This document shows, piece by piece, positions 1 to 11,945 of a stretch of DNA of 64,000 bases; the stretch's first letter is position 1; each line of letters opens with the position of its first letter. The notes beneath the pieces are model-generated. The model had not been told where the DNA came from and searched no databases. It was given only the letters and a program-made list of their open reading frames with translations. Origin of the DNA: Paramoeba atlantica. Its lineage: Eukaryota; Protista; Discosea. The position numbers and the translations under genes are program-made. The DNA lies in assembly GCA_977017575.1 (NCBI GenBank), contig CDRNVI010000012.1:1136653-1200652 (forward strand), in the 5' to 3' direction.

Positions 1-2
1 TC

Positions 3-296
3 CAAGAATGTATTGTAGAATTGTATCTCACAGCGAATTTATTTGAAGGGAGTGTTCGATTAGACCAATTGCCATTTACAATGCGTCGACTTCACCTGTC
101 CGACAATAATCTTTCTGGGTGCATTGAACTTCATTCACTACCGGTTACTCTTGTTGCGTTGTTTTTACACTGTAACAAGTTTAGCGGACCGCTTGATGTA
201 TCTCATGTACCCCAATCACTCCAATCGCTCTATCTTTTCGGAAACCAGTTCACTTCAGTCTACCCCGAGGTACTTCCATCTTGTGTTAAAATATAG
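3..296 (+). CDS. Leucine-rich repeat protein, 5'-truncated by window edge
   Basis: LPxxLxxLxLxxNxFxGxLD repeats (LHLSDNNLSGCIEL, LFLHCNKFSGPLDV); frame open from window start; same family as other LRR genes here. Confidence 0.8.
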   Translation, partial: QECIVELYLTANLFEGSVRLDQLPFTMRRLHLSDNNLSGCIELHSLPVTLVALFLHCNKFSGPLDVSHVPQSLQSLYLFGNQFTSVYPEVLPSCVKI

Positions 297-652
297 AACT
301 GGGGATACCATGAACTCCGAAAACGATATCACTGTATTGGTTGTATATTTAATGGTTGTCCTACACTATACACCTAATACACCTGCACCATACTGGGGGT
401 ATGTTATCGTGTATTAATGTCGATAGTGTACCCTCCCCTGTTTAAGGCAGATAGGGTGCTCTGGTGATTCTTGTTTACGGCTCTAAGATCTTTTCAAGCT
501 TTAAGATCTAAAGTCCCTGTTTTTGAAATCCTTTTCAACGTTCTTGTTCTTTTATTGTTGTACCTATAGCTAGTTATACTGGTGAGTACATAAACCCGGA
601 TGGGGGTTTACATTTCCCGTAATGTATTCACTAACACTGGCACCGTGCTTGA

Positions 653-1999
<1,347 letters not shown>

Positions 2000-2350
2000 G
2001 GTTACAGCGTATAGAGTAAGTGGGTAGCAAAAGGCGTTTTCAGAAACGCATTAATTGGGCTACTTGAATTGTCATGATTTTGCATTAATGTTGAACTCGT
2101 AATCTTCTTGGATTCGAAATTGCGCTGTTGTGGGCTATCTGCTTTTTTTATTTGCACATCGAAAGGTGTGCATCTCGTATTGTGAAATAATTCTCTTGCG
2201 ACTAGAGAATAGAATATTTCTGTTGCTTTCTTCTGCTCTGGGAGTGCATTTTGTAGTTGCGCTTTTTTGCTATTTCGGGGCCTTTATGTCATGTAGGAAA
2301 AAAATATACATGTGTACTGCACGTATTATAGAACACTTTATACTTCGTGC

Positions 2351-2388
2351 AGGTCACTATTAGGGTCACTATTAGGTCACTATTAGGT
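2351..2388. repeat. Short tandem repeat (AGGTCACTATT x3)
   Basis: aggtcactatt-agggtcactatt-aggtcactatt-aggt read directly. Confidence 0.8.
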
Positions 2389-2667
2389 GCACGAGAATGT
2401 TTCAAAATGCATTCAGTTGTCCTACACCACTACTCAATCGCTTGTTTTCCATTGTTTTACCACCGCGTTTAACGAATCTACTATTCCTTATGTAGGTAAT
2501 GCACGGTAAAAAATATTGATAGATGTACTAAAAACAATTAGAGGATTAGAGGTGGTCCTCCTTTTAAGGGTCCTTTCGAAATCTAAAGGCATTTTCTTTT
2601 TCATGCAAATTAAATTAAAGAAATGTATTTCTATGTACTGCCGTTGCCACATTGACCTTCCCTCTAC

Positions 2668-3882
2668 ATGCATTCCGGGTCTCTTGTCTTACATTTTCAC
2701 GCAACCAGCATTGCACGTGGAGAGCAAACGAAGGTCTTTTCCCAGCCCTATTGTGCCGTGAGTGCCGCCACGGGGAGAAACTACTCGCTTGCCATTTCCC
2801 AAGCGCTTACCCGGCGTGGTTTTCTATCTCCTCTGTGGATCACGGAGTCTCAGCTTGTACTCGCTAATGTCGCTGTTAAACGTGCACATCGACATAGGGG
2901 CTACCGCGCCTACTTGCCAACTCCGGGCACTAATGAGTTCTCGCACGTGATGTTGTACAATGCAGAGCAGACGACCAACTCCTCTCGGGTGGAATCGTTG
3001 AAAGGAAGGTTGGTGCCTGTGTTTGCTCTGACTGGTCAAGAAGTGGCAGACCGGGCGGTGTCTATTGCGTTGGCCGCCCAAGCCCAGGCTCACCCTAGCA
3101 ACGCGTGGCTCACAGCGAGGCAAGTAGAGTTTCTTCAACTTCCTTTACTTGAGGGGGCGCTCCCGGCGAGGGTTTACATGGCCAAACTTCTGGACGAGGG
3201 GGCGCAGAGTTTTCCCTGTTCTTCTGATTCTAACGTAGAGAGCACAAAACCAAAGGAGGAGTGCTATTACAACATCAATCAGCTACGTAATCCTGAGGAA
3301 GTGGCTCAACTACGCAAGCTGGCTCCAATCTCCTCTAGTTCCGGAAAAAAATATAAAGAGGAAGTGGCACTTTCACTCATGCGTGCAACACGAGCCAAAG
3401 GATTTTCTTCTCCATTCTGGATTACCGCCGGAGCTGTCACCTCACTAGGGTTACGGCTTATCGATCCCGACGGCGGCACTACAGTACACTTTTTTCATAG
3501 GTCCATGTTACTTTTTAATGCGTGTCAAACAGACCAACCGCAGAGGGTGGCAGCAGAGGCATTTAAGGCGCAATTTACCCCCAGATCTGCGATCTCCGGT
3601 AGCTGTTACCCTGAGCAACCCGCAGATATACTTTCCCGTGCCGCGCATCGCATGAAGCATAAAAGTCTCTACTGGCTGACCCAAAAACAGGCGGCATTTC
3701 TCGGAGTTGAAATCCTGCCAGGTCAAAGTCCCGTGTTCGTATCAATGGGCGGAGCAAAGATTCGAATGTTTAACGCGGACCAGACCAACAATCGATCTCG
3801 AATTGAAGAACGATTCAGGAAAAAAGGTACCCATGAAAAAGAACGTAGTAGCCTCGACACATCTTCCTCTTTCACACACTAA
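2668..3882 (+). CDS. Tc38/p38-like ssDNA-binding kinetoplast protein (ArdC-N-like repeats)
   Basis: Three copies of SAxTGxxY...GFxSxxWxTxxQ...LG..I..G...(Y/F)NAxQT, the ArdC-N/Tc38 module pattern. Confidence 0.7.
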   Translation: MHSGSLVLHFHATSIARGEQTKVFSQPYCAVSAATGRNYSLAISQALTRRGFLSPLWITESQLVLANVAVKRAHRHRGYRAYLPTPGTNEFSHVMLYNAEQTTNSSRVESLKGRLVPVFALTGQEVADRAVSIALAAQAQAHPSNAWLTARQVEFLQLPLLEGALPARVYMAKLLDEGAQSFPCSSDSNVESTKPKEECYYNINQLRNPEEVAQLRKLAPISSSSGKKYKEEVALSLMRATRAKGFSSPFWITAGAVTSLGLRLIDPDGGTTVHFFHRSMLLFNACQTDQPQRVAAEAFKAQFTPRSAISGSCYPEQPADILSRAAHRMKHKSLYWLTQKQAAFLGVEILPGQSPVFVSMGGAKIRMFNADQTNNRSRIEERFRKKGTHEKERSSLDTSSSFTH

Positions 3883-4083
3883 TTCTGATGAAAGGGGACT
3901 TTTTTTCCCCGAAAACTTCTTTGACCTCCTCTCATTTTCTTTTCACTAGGGCTATTTTTCCATTGTATTTTCCTCTTTCACAAAAAAAATCGTTGTTATC
4001 ATGACACACTCCCGTTTTATCTACACGCTATTCCCTCCCTCTCTTTCTCTCTCCCTCCTCCTCTCTCTCCCCCTCCACCCCCC

Positions 4084-5208
4084 ATGCAGCCCACCACCCC
4101 CTTCGCCCCCTCCGTCCCCGGCTCCCCCACCTTCCTCCCCCCCGAGTACAACCTCTCCAGCCCCGACCTCACCCTCGCCCCCCCGCCCCACGCCCCCGCC
4201 CTGGAGCTCGAGGGCCCCGCCCAGCTGCTGTACAAACTCGAGGAGGAGACCCGAGCCCACAGCGAGCGCGCCCTCGGCCTCCTCGAGGCGCTCCGCGCGA
4301 CCGTCCAGGCCTACCGCGGGCTCAGCGAGCAGCTCAGCGCGGAGCGCGCGGAGGCGTACAAATGCCTCCGCCGGGTCGACCGGATTGTCTCGCGGTACGG
4401 CTCCGTGGAGGACCCGATCGTCGCCAGTGATGGGTTTACCTATGAGCGAGGGGTGCTGGAGAGGTATTTGGAGGATTGCGAGCGCGCGTCCCAGACCCCG
4501 GTGAGTCAGCAAACGAAGGAGCCGTTGGAACGGACGTTGTACCCGAATGCGAGTTTGAAAAAGTTGGTGGATTTGTTGAAAGGGTTGCAGCTGGCGTCGG
4601 TGTATAATGCGGGGAGTCCCACGACGGGGGCGGGGAGTCGTGGGCCGGAGTTTAATGGGAGTGATAGTTTGACGGAGCTGTCGTCCTCGCATGACCATAG
4701 TCCGGTAAGTGGGTTGGAGGGTCAACGAGTGGTGAGTACCCCGCACGGGGGAATATCGCAGATGGCTTCTACAATCTTATCTACACCAACTCCAAATAAC
4801 GCAGCTGGACACCGGCGAAACCACGGAGTCAGTGGGGGCAGCACTCAAGGACCGCTCTTGGCGAATGTTACCCCAGGAAACAAACCTTGGGCTCGCCAAC
4901 GGGGACAGAATCGTGACTCACATTTACAGAAAAGTCCCTCGGACTACGCTCTGCCGGGGAATTTGGTTATGGGACATTCGAGTACTGGAACTAGCAGGCA
5001 AGGGGTTATGGATCACCCCGAAGGCGGCACCCCCCCTCACACTCACCCTTGTCTACGAATTTACGGCCGGTGTAATTACGGGGAGCGTTGTGTGTATGCC
5101 CCTTATCCATATGAGGTGTGTTTAAGCAACTTAAAGGGGAAGTGTCGCCTCGGTGCACGATGTCCCGAACCTCATCAAGAGATGAAAGTTGGAACCCCAA
5201 GTGACTGA
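4084..5208 (+). CDS. U-box plus CCCH zinc-finger protein (ZC3H39/40-like architecture)
   Basis: U-box DPIVASDGFTYERGVLERYL...SQQTKEPL...LYPNASLKKL; C-terminal CLSNLKGKCRLGARCPEPH CCCH finger preceded by a second Cys cluster. Confidence 0.75.
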   Translation: MQPTTPFAPSVPGSPTFLPPEYNLSSPDLTLAPPPHAPALELEGPAQLLYKLEEETRAHSERALGLLEALRATVQAYRGLSEQLSAERAEAYKCLRRVDRIVSRYGSVEDPIVASDGFTYERGVLERYLEDCERASQTPVSQQTKEPLERTLYPNASLKKLVDLLKGLQLASVYNAGSPTTGAGSRGPEFNGSDSLTELSSSHDHSPVSGLEGQRVVSTPHGGISQMASTILSTPTPNNAAGHRRNHGVSGGSTQGPLLANVTPGNKPWARQRGQNRDSHLQKSPSDYALPGNLVMGHSSTGTSRQGVMDHPEGGTPPHTHPCLRIYGRCNYGERCVYAPYPYEVCLSNLKGKCRLGARCPEPHQEMKVGTPSD

Positions 5209-5632
5209 ACGTGGTCACCGGTTGCTTTTAATACTTTCAAATTACCCACCAGTTAGTGGTGTAAGATTTGGATCTTTGAAGAAACAGGGCAATATGTGAT
5301 TTGGTAGGGAGGCTGGAGAAGGCATAGAGGCGTTAGAGATAGTGTACTGACACAGTACCTAATGAATGAAACTGTTCCTTAGATTGTACATTGCAGTTAA
5401 ATTAAGCATAGGCATATTTCGTTGTCTTATAGTATACATCATGTATGATAGAGGAAGTCGAAGAAGTACATACACTGGATTTCGCTCTATCTCAATTCTG
5501 TAATTGCAAACAATTGGTAATCTTAAATTCGGTAGGTCATTTTCTGTCCTTAATTTTTATAGCAATACTATCTTAAGACATCGTAACCTATTTTCTCTTA
5601 GAGTTTCATCCTTCGGGGTACATTTTAAAACT

Positions 5633-7372
5633 ATGAACTCTCGATTATCGTCTTCATTAGACGCCATTGAAAAGGTATTCGCCCCTTCTCATCTAAAGTC
5701 ATTACGAAACCAGCGACGCCAAAATAAATCCACGAACCATATCGAATCCGGATTCCCTAAACTCACCAATCTATCAATTGCTTGGAGCTTGAATGCAAAT
5801 TGCCAGAAACATAGAACACCTTGCATACACTCCGTCACGAGTGACTTTTTTCGACATAAACAAGTCTCAAAAAGATATTACAGCACTCACACCCCTAACA
5901 CATCCATTGAGGAGGTAGTTCCCCTCTCTTCATCTCTCTCTCCCCTTACGACCCCCCGCACCCCTCCCGATACCCCTTCCACCCCTTCCCATCATGATCC
6001 TCCCCCTCCCACCCCACACACACCCCAAAATTCCCCTGAACCCCCTCTCCCTCCGAACCCCACGAACCCCCACCATACAACCCCCACCACCCCCCTCCCC
6101 ACCCCCCTTCCCTCCACCCCCTCCCTCTGGCCATCCACCTCTACCGCCGACCCCACCCACGGCCCCCTCCACTACGTCCACGCCGAACTCGATCTCCTCC
6201 GTTCCTACCATCTCCCTGCCCTCGCCTCTCTCCCCTCCCCCTCCCCCTCCCCCCTCTCCTCCCCCACCCCCCTCCCCTCCCCCCTCCACACCGCCGCCAC
6301 CCACCTCCTCACCACCCCCGGCAAACTCCTCCGTCCCGGTCTCATCTGCCTCATGGCCTACGCCCTCCTCCCCCTCCCCCTCTCCACCGCCCTCCACACC
6401 CAGGTCCGTACCCACCCCACGCTCTACCGCCAACTCCCCACCCCCACGCAGCTCACCCGGACTCCCCACCAGACCCCCCCCTCACCTTCCCCCCCCTCCT
6501 CATCTCCTCAGGCCACAGCGCACCTGCCCTCTGTAGCCTCTGTATCTTTATCGACTCCTACTACTCCTACGACTACCACTACTCCTCCTCCCATGACCTC
6601 CCTTCACCCCATCCTACGCCTCGCTGCCGTCACCGAGCTCATCCACACCGCTTCCTTAATCCACGATGACATTCTCGATGGCGCCACGACCCGTCGCGGG
6701 CGTCCCTGCTTACATCAGACGGAGCGTGGGGGGACCGCGACCGCCGTGCTCGCGGGGGACTACCTGTTAGCGAAGGCCTCCGGGGCCCTGGCGGCGCTGC
6801 GGGAGCCCGAGGCGGTGGTGTGTATGAGTCGCGCGCTGGAGGACCTCACCAAGGGGGAGGTGATGCAACGGGAGGGGGTGGGGGGGGTGCGGGGGTACCT
6901 GGAGAAGAGTTACTGTAAGACGGCCTCGTTGCTGGAGAACGCGCTCAGTGCGGTGGGGGTGGTGTGTGTGGGGGAGGGTGCGCCGGAGAGGAGGTATGCG
7001 GCGGATTTTGGGCGACACCTTGGGGTGGCGTTTCAGATTGTGGATGATTGTTTGGATTTTACGGGGGATGCGAGGAAGCTGGGGAAGGAGGTGCATGCGG
7101 ATTTGCAGTCGGGGATCGCGACGCTTCCGGTGCTGTTGGCGGCGGAGAAGGATGAGGGGGTGCAGGCGCGTGTGCGACGGAAGTTTGAGGTCCCAGGCGA
7201 TGTGGATTACACACTTGACGTCGTGCAGAAGTTACAGACTGTTCCACAGGCTCAGCAGTTGGCGTGGCAGGAGTATGAAAAGGCAATGGTCGCGTTGCAT
7301 CAGTTACATTCTTCTCCGGCTCGGGAGGTGCTGGCGAATGCCGCTTCGTATGTTCTCTCACGTTCTGAGTAG
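5633..7372 (+). CDS. Long-chain trans-polyprenyl (solanesyl/decaprenyl) diphosphate synthase
   Basis: GKLLRP, ELIHTASLIHDDILD..RRG (FARM), LAGDYLL, KTASL, AFQIVDDCLD (SARM); first ATG in the ORF at 5633; long Pro/Thr insertions. Confidence 0.9.
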   Translation: MNSRLSSSLDAIEKVFAPSHLKSLRNQRRQNKSTNHIESGFPKLTNLSIAWSLNANCQKHRTPCIHSVTSDFFRHKQVSKRYYSTHTPNTSIEEVVPLSSSLSPLTTPRTPPDTPSTPSHHDPPPPTPHTPQNSPEPPLPPNPTNPHHTTPTTPLPTPLPSTPSLWPSTSTADPTHGPLHYVHAELDLLRSYHLPALASLPSPSPSPLSSPTPLPSPLHTAATHLLTTPGKLLRPGLICLMAYALLPLPLSTALHTQVRTHPTLYRQLPTPTQLTRTPHQTPPSPSPPSSSPQATAHLPSVASVSLSTPTTPTTTTTPPPMTSLHPILRLAAVTELIHTASLIHDDILDGATTRRGRPCLHQTERGGTATAVLAGDYLLAKASGALAALREPEAVVCMSRALEDLTKGEVMQREGVGGVRGYLEKSYCKTASLLENALSAVGVVCVGEGAPERRYAADFGRHLGVAFQIVDDCLDFTGDARKLGKEVHADLQSGIATLPVLLAAEKDEGVQARVRRKFEVPGDVDYTLDVVQKLQTVPQAQQLAWQEYEKAMVALHQLHSSPAREVLANAASYVLSRSE

Positions 7373-7625
7373 TGGATAAGGAATGTCCGGGGTCACCCCA
7401 TCGAAGGGTTTGACGTGCATCCGCTGCAATAGCATCTTTTATCTATACAAGAGTAACAAGAGTGGTTCGTTAAGTGGCTCGTTAAATTAAGAGACAGATA
7501 TCAATACCTTTGCATTGATAGGTTTGTATTGGTTTAACTGGAGATTCTTTCACGTTTAGAATAAAGAAGGTGGTGTTTAAAAGACTCACTTCTCCATATT
7601 TTATGAACCTCCTCATACGCTTTAC

Positions 7626-10286
7626 ATGTCAGTCTCTCGACTTTGGTGGATGGCTCAACAGCATGAGCAAGCTGGAAAATGGATTGCCGCTCTTCAGCTT
7701 ATCACCGATAATGGTTTATTTCTTCGCAAACTGGCGGACATTCCCTCATTAACCCCTGTTCTACGCATTATTATTCGCTGTTGCTACCGCCAAACTATTG
7801 AGAAAAACAATCTACGCGCGTTTCAAGCCATTGAAAGCTTGACGCGCAGTTCCTACGTAGGCGAATATTTTACCCCCTTAGTTTTGGCAGAGGGGTTGGC
7901 CTTAGCATACGACGCAGGAAGACAGATAAACCCTTACAACTTGAATTCGTTAGCGCTGAATGACGACAACTGTACAACAGAGAATTCCGGTGGATTATCC
8001 GACTTAACCCCTCATCCGGATATGTCCTTTTCGCCAAACTCATATTATTCTATAAAATATGACGAAGGTCCTCGAATGAGGCAAAAGGATTTCTCTCCCA
8101 GAGAGCAAGTTTCTTCATTGATGTCAAGGGGTATGTATTGCACGTCATTTAGCTCTGGTGCATACTCCATCTTTGAACTTATTTCCCCAGTCGAATATAT
8201 TGCGGAATGGGTTCGACGAAAAATTATTCGGCATGCTCGGCAGGGTAAAGCTGAAAATGTTTCTAAAATAGGACAAAGAAACAACTCCACTGACCATTTA
8301 ACCAATAGTGGTACAACATTTTACCCAGAGATCTTCCAAAAGACGGGCATGTGTGCATCGAATAACGATGTGCATCGCGAAACTTCAAGGAAAATAGAGC
8401 TTGACGCAGAGGAGTTGGACAGAGTGGATATTTTTGAGCCTGAAACGTTCTCTTTTCCTTCAACTGTAACACAGGAGTTATCTTCTTACTCTTTATCTCG
8501 GGAACGTACTGACTTTCCAAGTGTGCATTTCTGTCCTTTAATTCATGAACGTTGCTCGAAGGGGTTCTGGTATGAGTCTCTGCAAGCACTGCAGGACAGC
8601 TGTCGTCCAATTGATGGGCATCGTCAGGAAATCGGGGCTGATGTTCTCTCTTCTGCTTTTAGGGATTCGTTTCCATCTTTTTCTCCCGAAGCCGTTGCAT
8701 CCCATTTCTCTGCATATCGAATATATCAGCAAGTTCCAACTCTTCATGAGATTCGCCGAGCGTTTCAGCACACCGTACAGAGTTGGAAGGCTTCGCTACG
8801 TGTTTTGGAGGAAAGCCGTGTTCTCTTGAATCGTTGCACTTCTGAATCTATTGATTCCGTTTTCCCCTCAAATGATATCCAAACAAAATACATCTCTAGC
8901 TATGCTCCAAAAAAACTATTTTACCCCGTGATTCAGGAGTATGCATTACATTCGATGCGTACCTGCTGGTATGCCTCCTTGAGCTTCTGGAATCAAATTC
9001 ATGCAAGACTTCCCTCACGTTTTCGTCGTAGGGCTGAGAGCCGAATGCTCAATATCATGCGACGACATGGACGTTGGCGAGAAGTCTTGCGTTTATGTGG
9101 CATAGATTTCTCCTCAAAGCAGCGGATAAAAAAGCGAAACGACAACTCTGTTGCTACTTCCTTTTCTCAGAACTTTGTTACGACAAACGAAACAGTTGAC
9201 CCGCTCAGTCCAGTCGAGCTAATGGAGAGCTTGCGCCGGTGCCCGCGCCTGCTTGCTCCATTGCGACAGGCAATGTGGTGTAGAGGTCTCGCCGCTTCCC
9301 ACTTTACACGCCAAGTTATCTCCTCACAATCCGCACTACGTCCCGTCGTACTTCCATGGAAACAGCATAGCAGCAAACCGTCCCTCCAGGACACCTTACA
9401 CCCGTGCGCTGATTTGCAACACGCACGAGAGATGCTACGACGAATTACCTCTCAAGTACTTTGCACGGAAATCGCCTCCGCCATGTCCTATCACACCCAA
9501 ATGGCTCGTCCTCGGACTGGGCCAGAGTTAGTGGCCCACACACTCTACACGCATGCGTTCCGTGGTCAATGGGAGAAAGCTCTCGCCCTGCACCTCTGTG
9601 TGCCTAGCCCGAATAAGCACGAAACGAGCGCCGCACTACTGGCCTGTCCCCCAGGCATTTTAATACAACTGCTACAACGGGGAGTCCAACAGGAACAGCT
9701 CATGCTTCCGTATCGCATGCGTATGCCTTACTACGGTTTGTTGTGTCACAGGTTACTCTCGGACACATCGCAGGCATCGTTTTGGTCAACGGCTCTAGCA
9801 TTGGCAGCGGAGGCCCGAAGTCATAGTACCGTTGCTGTATCAATCAAGAAGGGGACACAAAACTTGGTTTTTCATGGGGGCATCAGCGGAGAAAAGGATG
9901 GCGCTCATTCCTACACCGATGAAATTATACCCCCTCACACTTTTTTAGATTTTTGGGCAAGTGCACGTGAGCGGCGATCTACGGGCTACGCAATGCCTAT
10001 TCGTTTCATTTTACAAAACCTTGGAATGAGGTTGGGATCTCATTGTGGGACCATGAATTCATTTTCTTTGTGTAGTGTCGAAAATGCTGAAGATGAATTG
10101 CCTGATACTTCCTATCAGCATCAAAAAGCAAGCTTGGTAAAACTTGTAGTAAAGCTTTTGTTGCTCTGTCGGAGCTCTGAGGAGCTTGACTTGGTACATC
10201 AACACACTCCATATTTTATCTCACACGAAGTTTCCAAAGAGTTCAAAAAGTCTTCTGCGCTCATCAATGCATACACACCGTTGTAG
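7626..10286 (+). CDS. Hypothetical protein, possibly degenerate PPR-like helical repeats
   Basis: 886-aa ORF; recurring GxWxxALxL motifs (GKWIAALQL, GRWREVLRL, GQWEKALAL, FWSTALAL). Confidence 0.6.
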   Translation: MSVSRLWWMAQQHEQAGKWIAALQLITDNGLFLRKLADIPSLTPVLRIIIRCCYRQTIEKNNLRAFQAIESLTRSSYVGEYFTPLVLAEGLALAYDAGRQINPYNLNSLALNDDNCTTENSGGLSDLTPHPDMSFSPNSYYSIKYDEGPRMRQKDFSPREQVSSLMSRGMYCTSFSSGAYSIFELISPVEYIAEWVRRKIIRHARQGKAENVSKIGQRNNSTDHLTNSGTTFYPEIFQKTGMCASNNDVHRETSRKIELDAEELDRVDIFEPETFSFPSTVTQELSSYSLSRERTDFPSVHFCPLIHERCSKGFWYESLQALQDSCRPIDGHRQEIGADVLSSAFRDSFPSFSPEAVASHFSAYRIYQQVPTLHEIRRAFQHTVQSWKASLRVLEESRVLLNRCTSESIDSVFPSNDIQTKYISSYAPKKLFYPVIQEYALHSMRTCWYASLSFWNQIHARLPSRFRRRAESRMLNIMRRHGRWREVLRLCGIDFSSKQRIKKRNDNSVATSFSQNFVTTNETVDPLSPVELMESLRRCPRLLAPLRQAMWCRGLAASHFTRQVISSQSALRPVVLPWKQHSSKPSLQDTLHPCADLQHAREMLRRITSQVLCTEIASAMSYHTQMARPRTGPELVAHTLYTHAFRGQWEKALALHLCVPSPNKHETSAALLACPPGILIQLLQRGVQQEQLMLPYRMRMPYYGLLCHRLLSDTSQASFWSTALALAAEARSHSTVAVSIKKGTQNLVFHGGISGEKDGAHSYTDEIIPPHTFLDFWASARERRSTGYAMPIRFILQNLGMRLGSHCGTMNSFSLCSVENAEDELPDTSYQHQKASLVKLVVKLLLLCRSSEELDLVHQHTPYFISHEVSKEFKKSSALINAYTPL

Positions 10287-11403
10287 AAAATCGAAAACTA
10301 TAAAGGTTTCGTATACCTAGCAGTCCGCGGGGTACACTCAACACAATTATTTGTGTAACAAAAAGCAGGAAAACAAAAATTTGTGAATTTTTTATTGTGC
10401 AACATTTTTAAAAATGGAAATTTTATTTTAACTTTCTTGACCAAATTCTAAAATCGAAACTGTTTTTTAGCCTAAACGAGGGTCCGGTTTAGACTACCTG
10501 TGATCTTGTACCATACCGGAGGTGGTGTGGTATTGTGACCCAGGACCAATAGCATACCCCCCTGGTTTTTAGCATTTCCCCCTGATTCTCTTTAGCAGTT
10601 GTGCTTAAGATATATGGTTGTGCCCTAGAAGTGTTGTGGAATATATGAGTTCTTTCCTATATATGGTTCTCAGGGTTGTGCCCTATGGTTGTGCCTAAAT
10701 CCTTTTTTGATTGTGTTTAACTTTCTTTTCAAACGCAATATTTTATTAGTACTTATCACACGTCCGAATATACACACACATTACATTACTATTCATACCG
10801 AATTACCTTCATACCATTACTATTCCAAATCTGTCTTTGAATGGTCTAGCTTACCAGTGACCGTCCGGAGCAATCCGGAATGATTCGGGTTGGATTGGAT
10901 TTATCCATACCGCCCACATTTCCTTCAACAAAAAAATTTCTCTACAAATATTTGTGCAACAAAAATTTGTGAATTTTCTATTGTGCAACAATTTCAAAAG
11001 TTGCACAATCAAAAATTGACAAATTTTGCGAACGCTGTAATCAATACCCAAGAGTTCTTTTGTTGACCTCCTACAGAAAAATTTTGCTTTTCGAAGCTGA
11101 CCACTTTAATTCTGACTGCGTCTGAAATATTCGGTAGGCAGAACAGCACTGCTAGATCTTGAAATTCTAAATGCAGAGAAAGTAGAACTAATAAGTAGAA
11201 CATAGAATTAATCAAACTAGCACTAAACTCTATTTGTGCGAGCTAATAACTTGTACTGTGGCAACCTTTTTGCTCTTCATTCGTCTTCGTCTTTGTGTTA
11301 CCTCCTTGCATCTCCTTTACGGAGATAAGTCACTGTCAGCGGTGGATCACAATTACTTCTTGAATTCAACAAAAGTTCTTCACAAACTGTAGAAAAAACT
11401 CCG

Positions 11404-11637
11404 CATCGGTTCTTACGACCTTTACGAAGTCACGCCGCTTCAGAGATGAAATATTCCTGAACTTCCATGCGTGATACTTCGCCGGTAACAACCGTAAAAG
11501 TAGTGGAAACGGTGTGGTGTGTGTACGTCACGAAAGTAGTACGCTTAGTCTACTCCCGGTACCACGTATGCACATTCCAAATCCCCTTGAGCCCGCTTGG
11601 GCCTTGACGAGGTGAAGAGAAACCATGCATTACACAT
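11404..11637 (+). ncRNA. snR30: snR30/U17-like H/ACA snoRNA, copy 1
   Basis: m1-like ATATTCCTG (11451-11459), m2 AAACCAT (11620-11626), ACA box at 11632-11634 with homology ending 3 nt later; intergenic; repeated at 30173 and 30635. Confidence 0.7.
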
Positions 11638-11945
11638 ATTTTTTTATATCATGATTTTTCAGAGACGCTCTATACGTCCACTGGGTCGTTCTGCGAACTT
11701 TTCTAAATCTCTTTCTAAGATGTTTCTACACATTTTTTAGGTATCAAACATGTTTTTAGACCAAAATACAAATTTGTAGATAAACAACAAAAACTTAAAA
11801 CAAAATAGAAATTTGATAAAACCATGCTACTTGATTTGTCATGTCAGAAGGTCCTTTTTATCTTTACACCTCTGCTTTATTTTTAAATAATTAAAAAGAT
11901 CTTTACTCTCCCTTGTTTGTCGAATTATTCGGACTTACATTTTTA

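Noticed and set aside
5930-6536. Long Gly-rich antisense and Pro-rich alternative-frame ORFs over the islands (also near 4.0, 19.4-20.5, 35.1 and 49.6 kb)
   Set aside because: C- or G-only tracts lack stop codons, so these ORFs are compositional shadows of the real genes.
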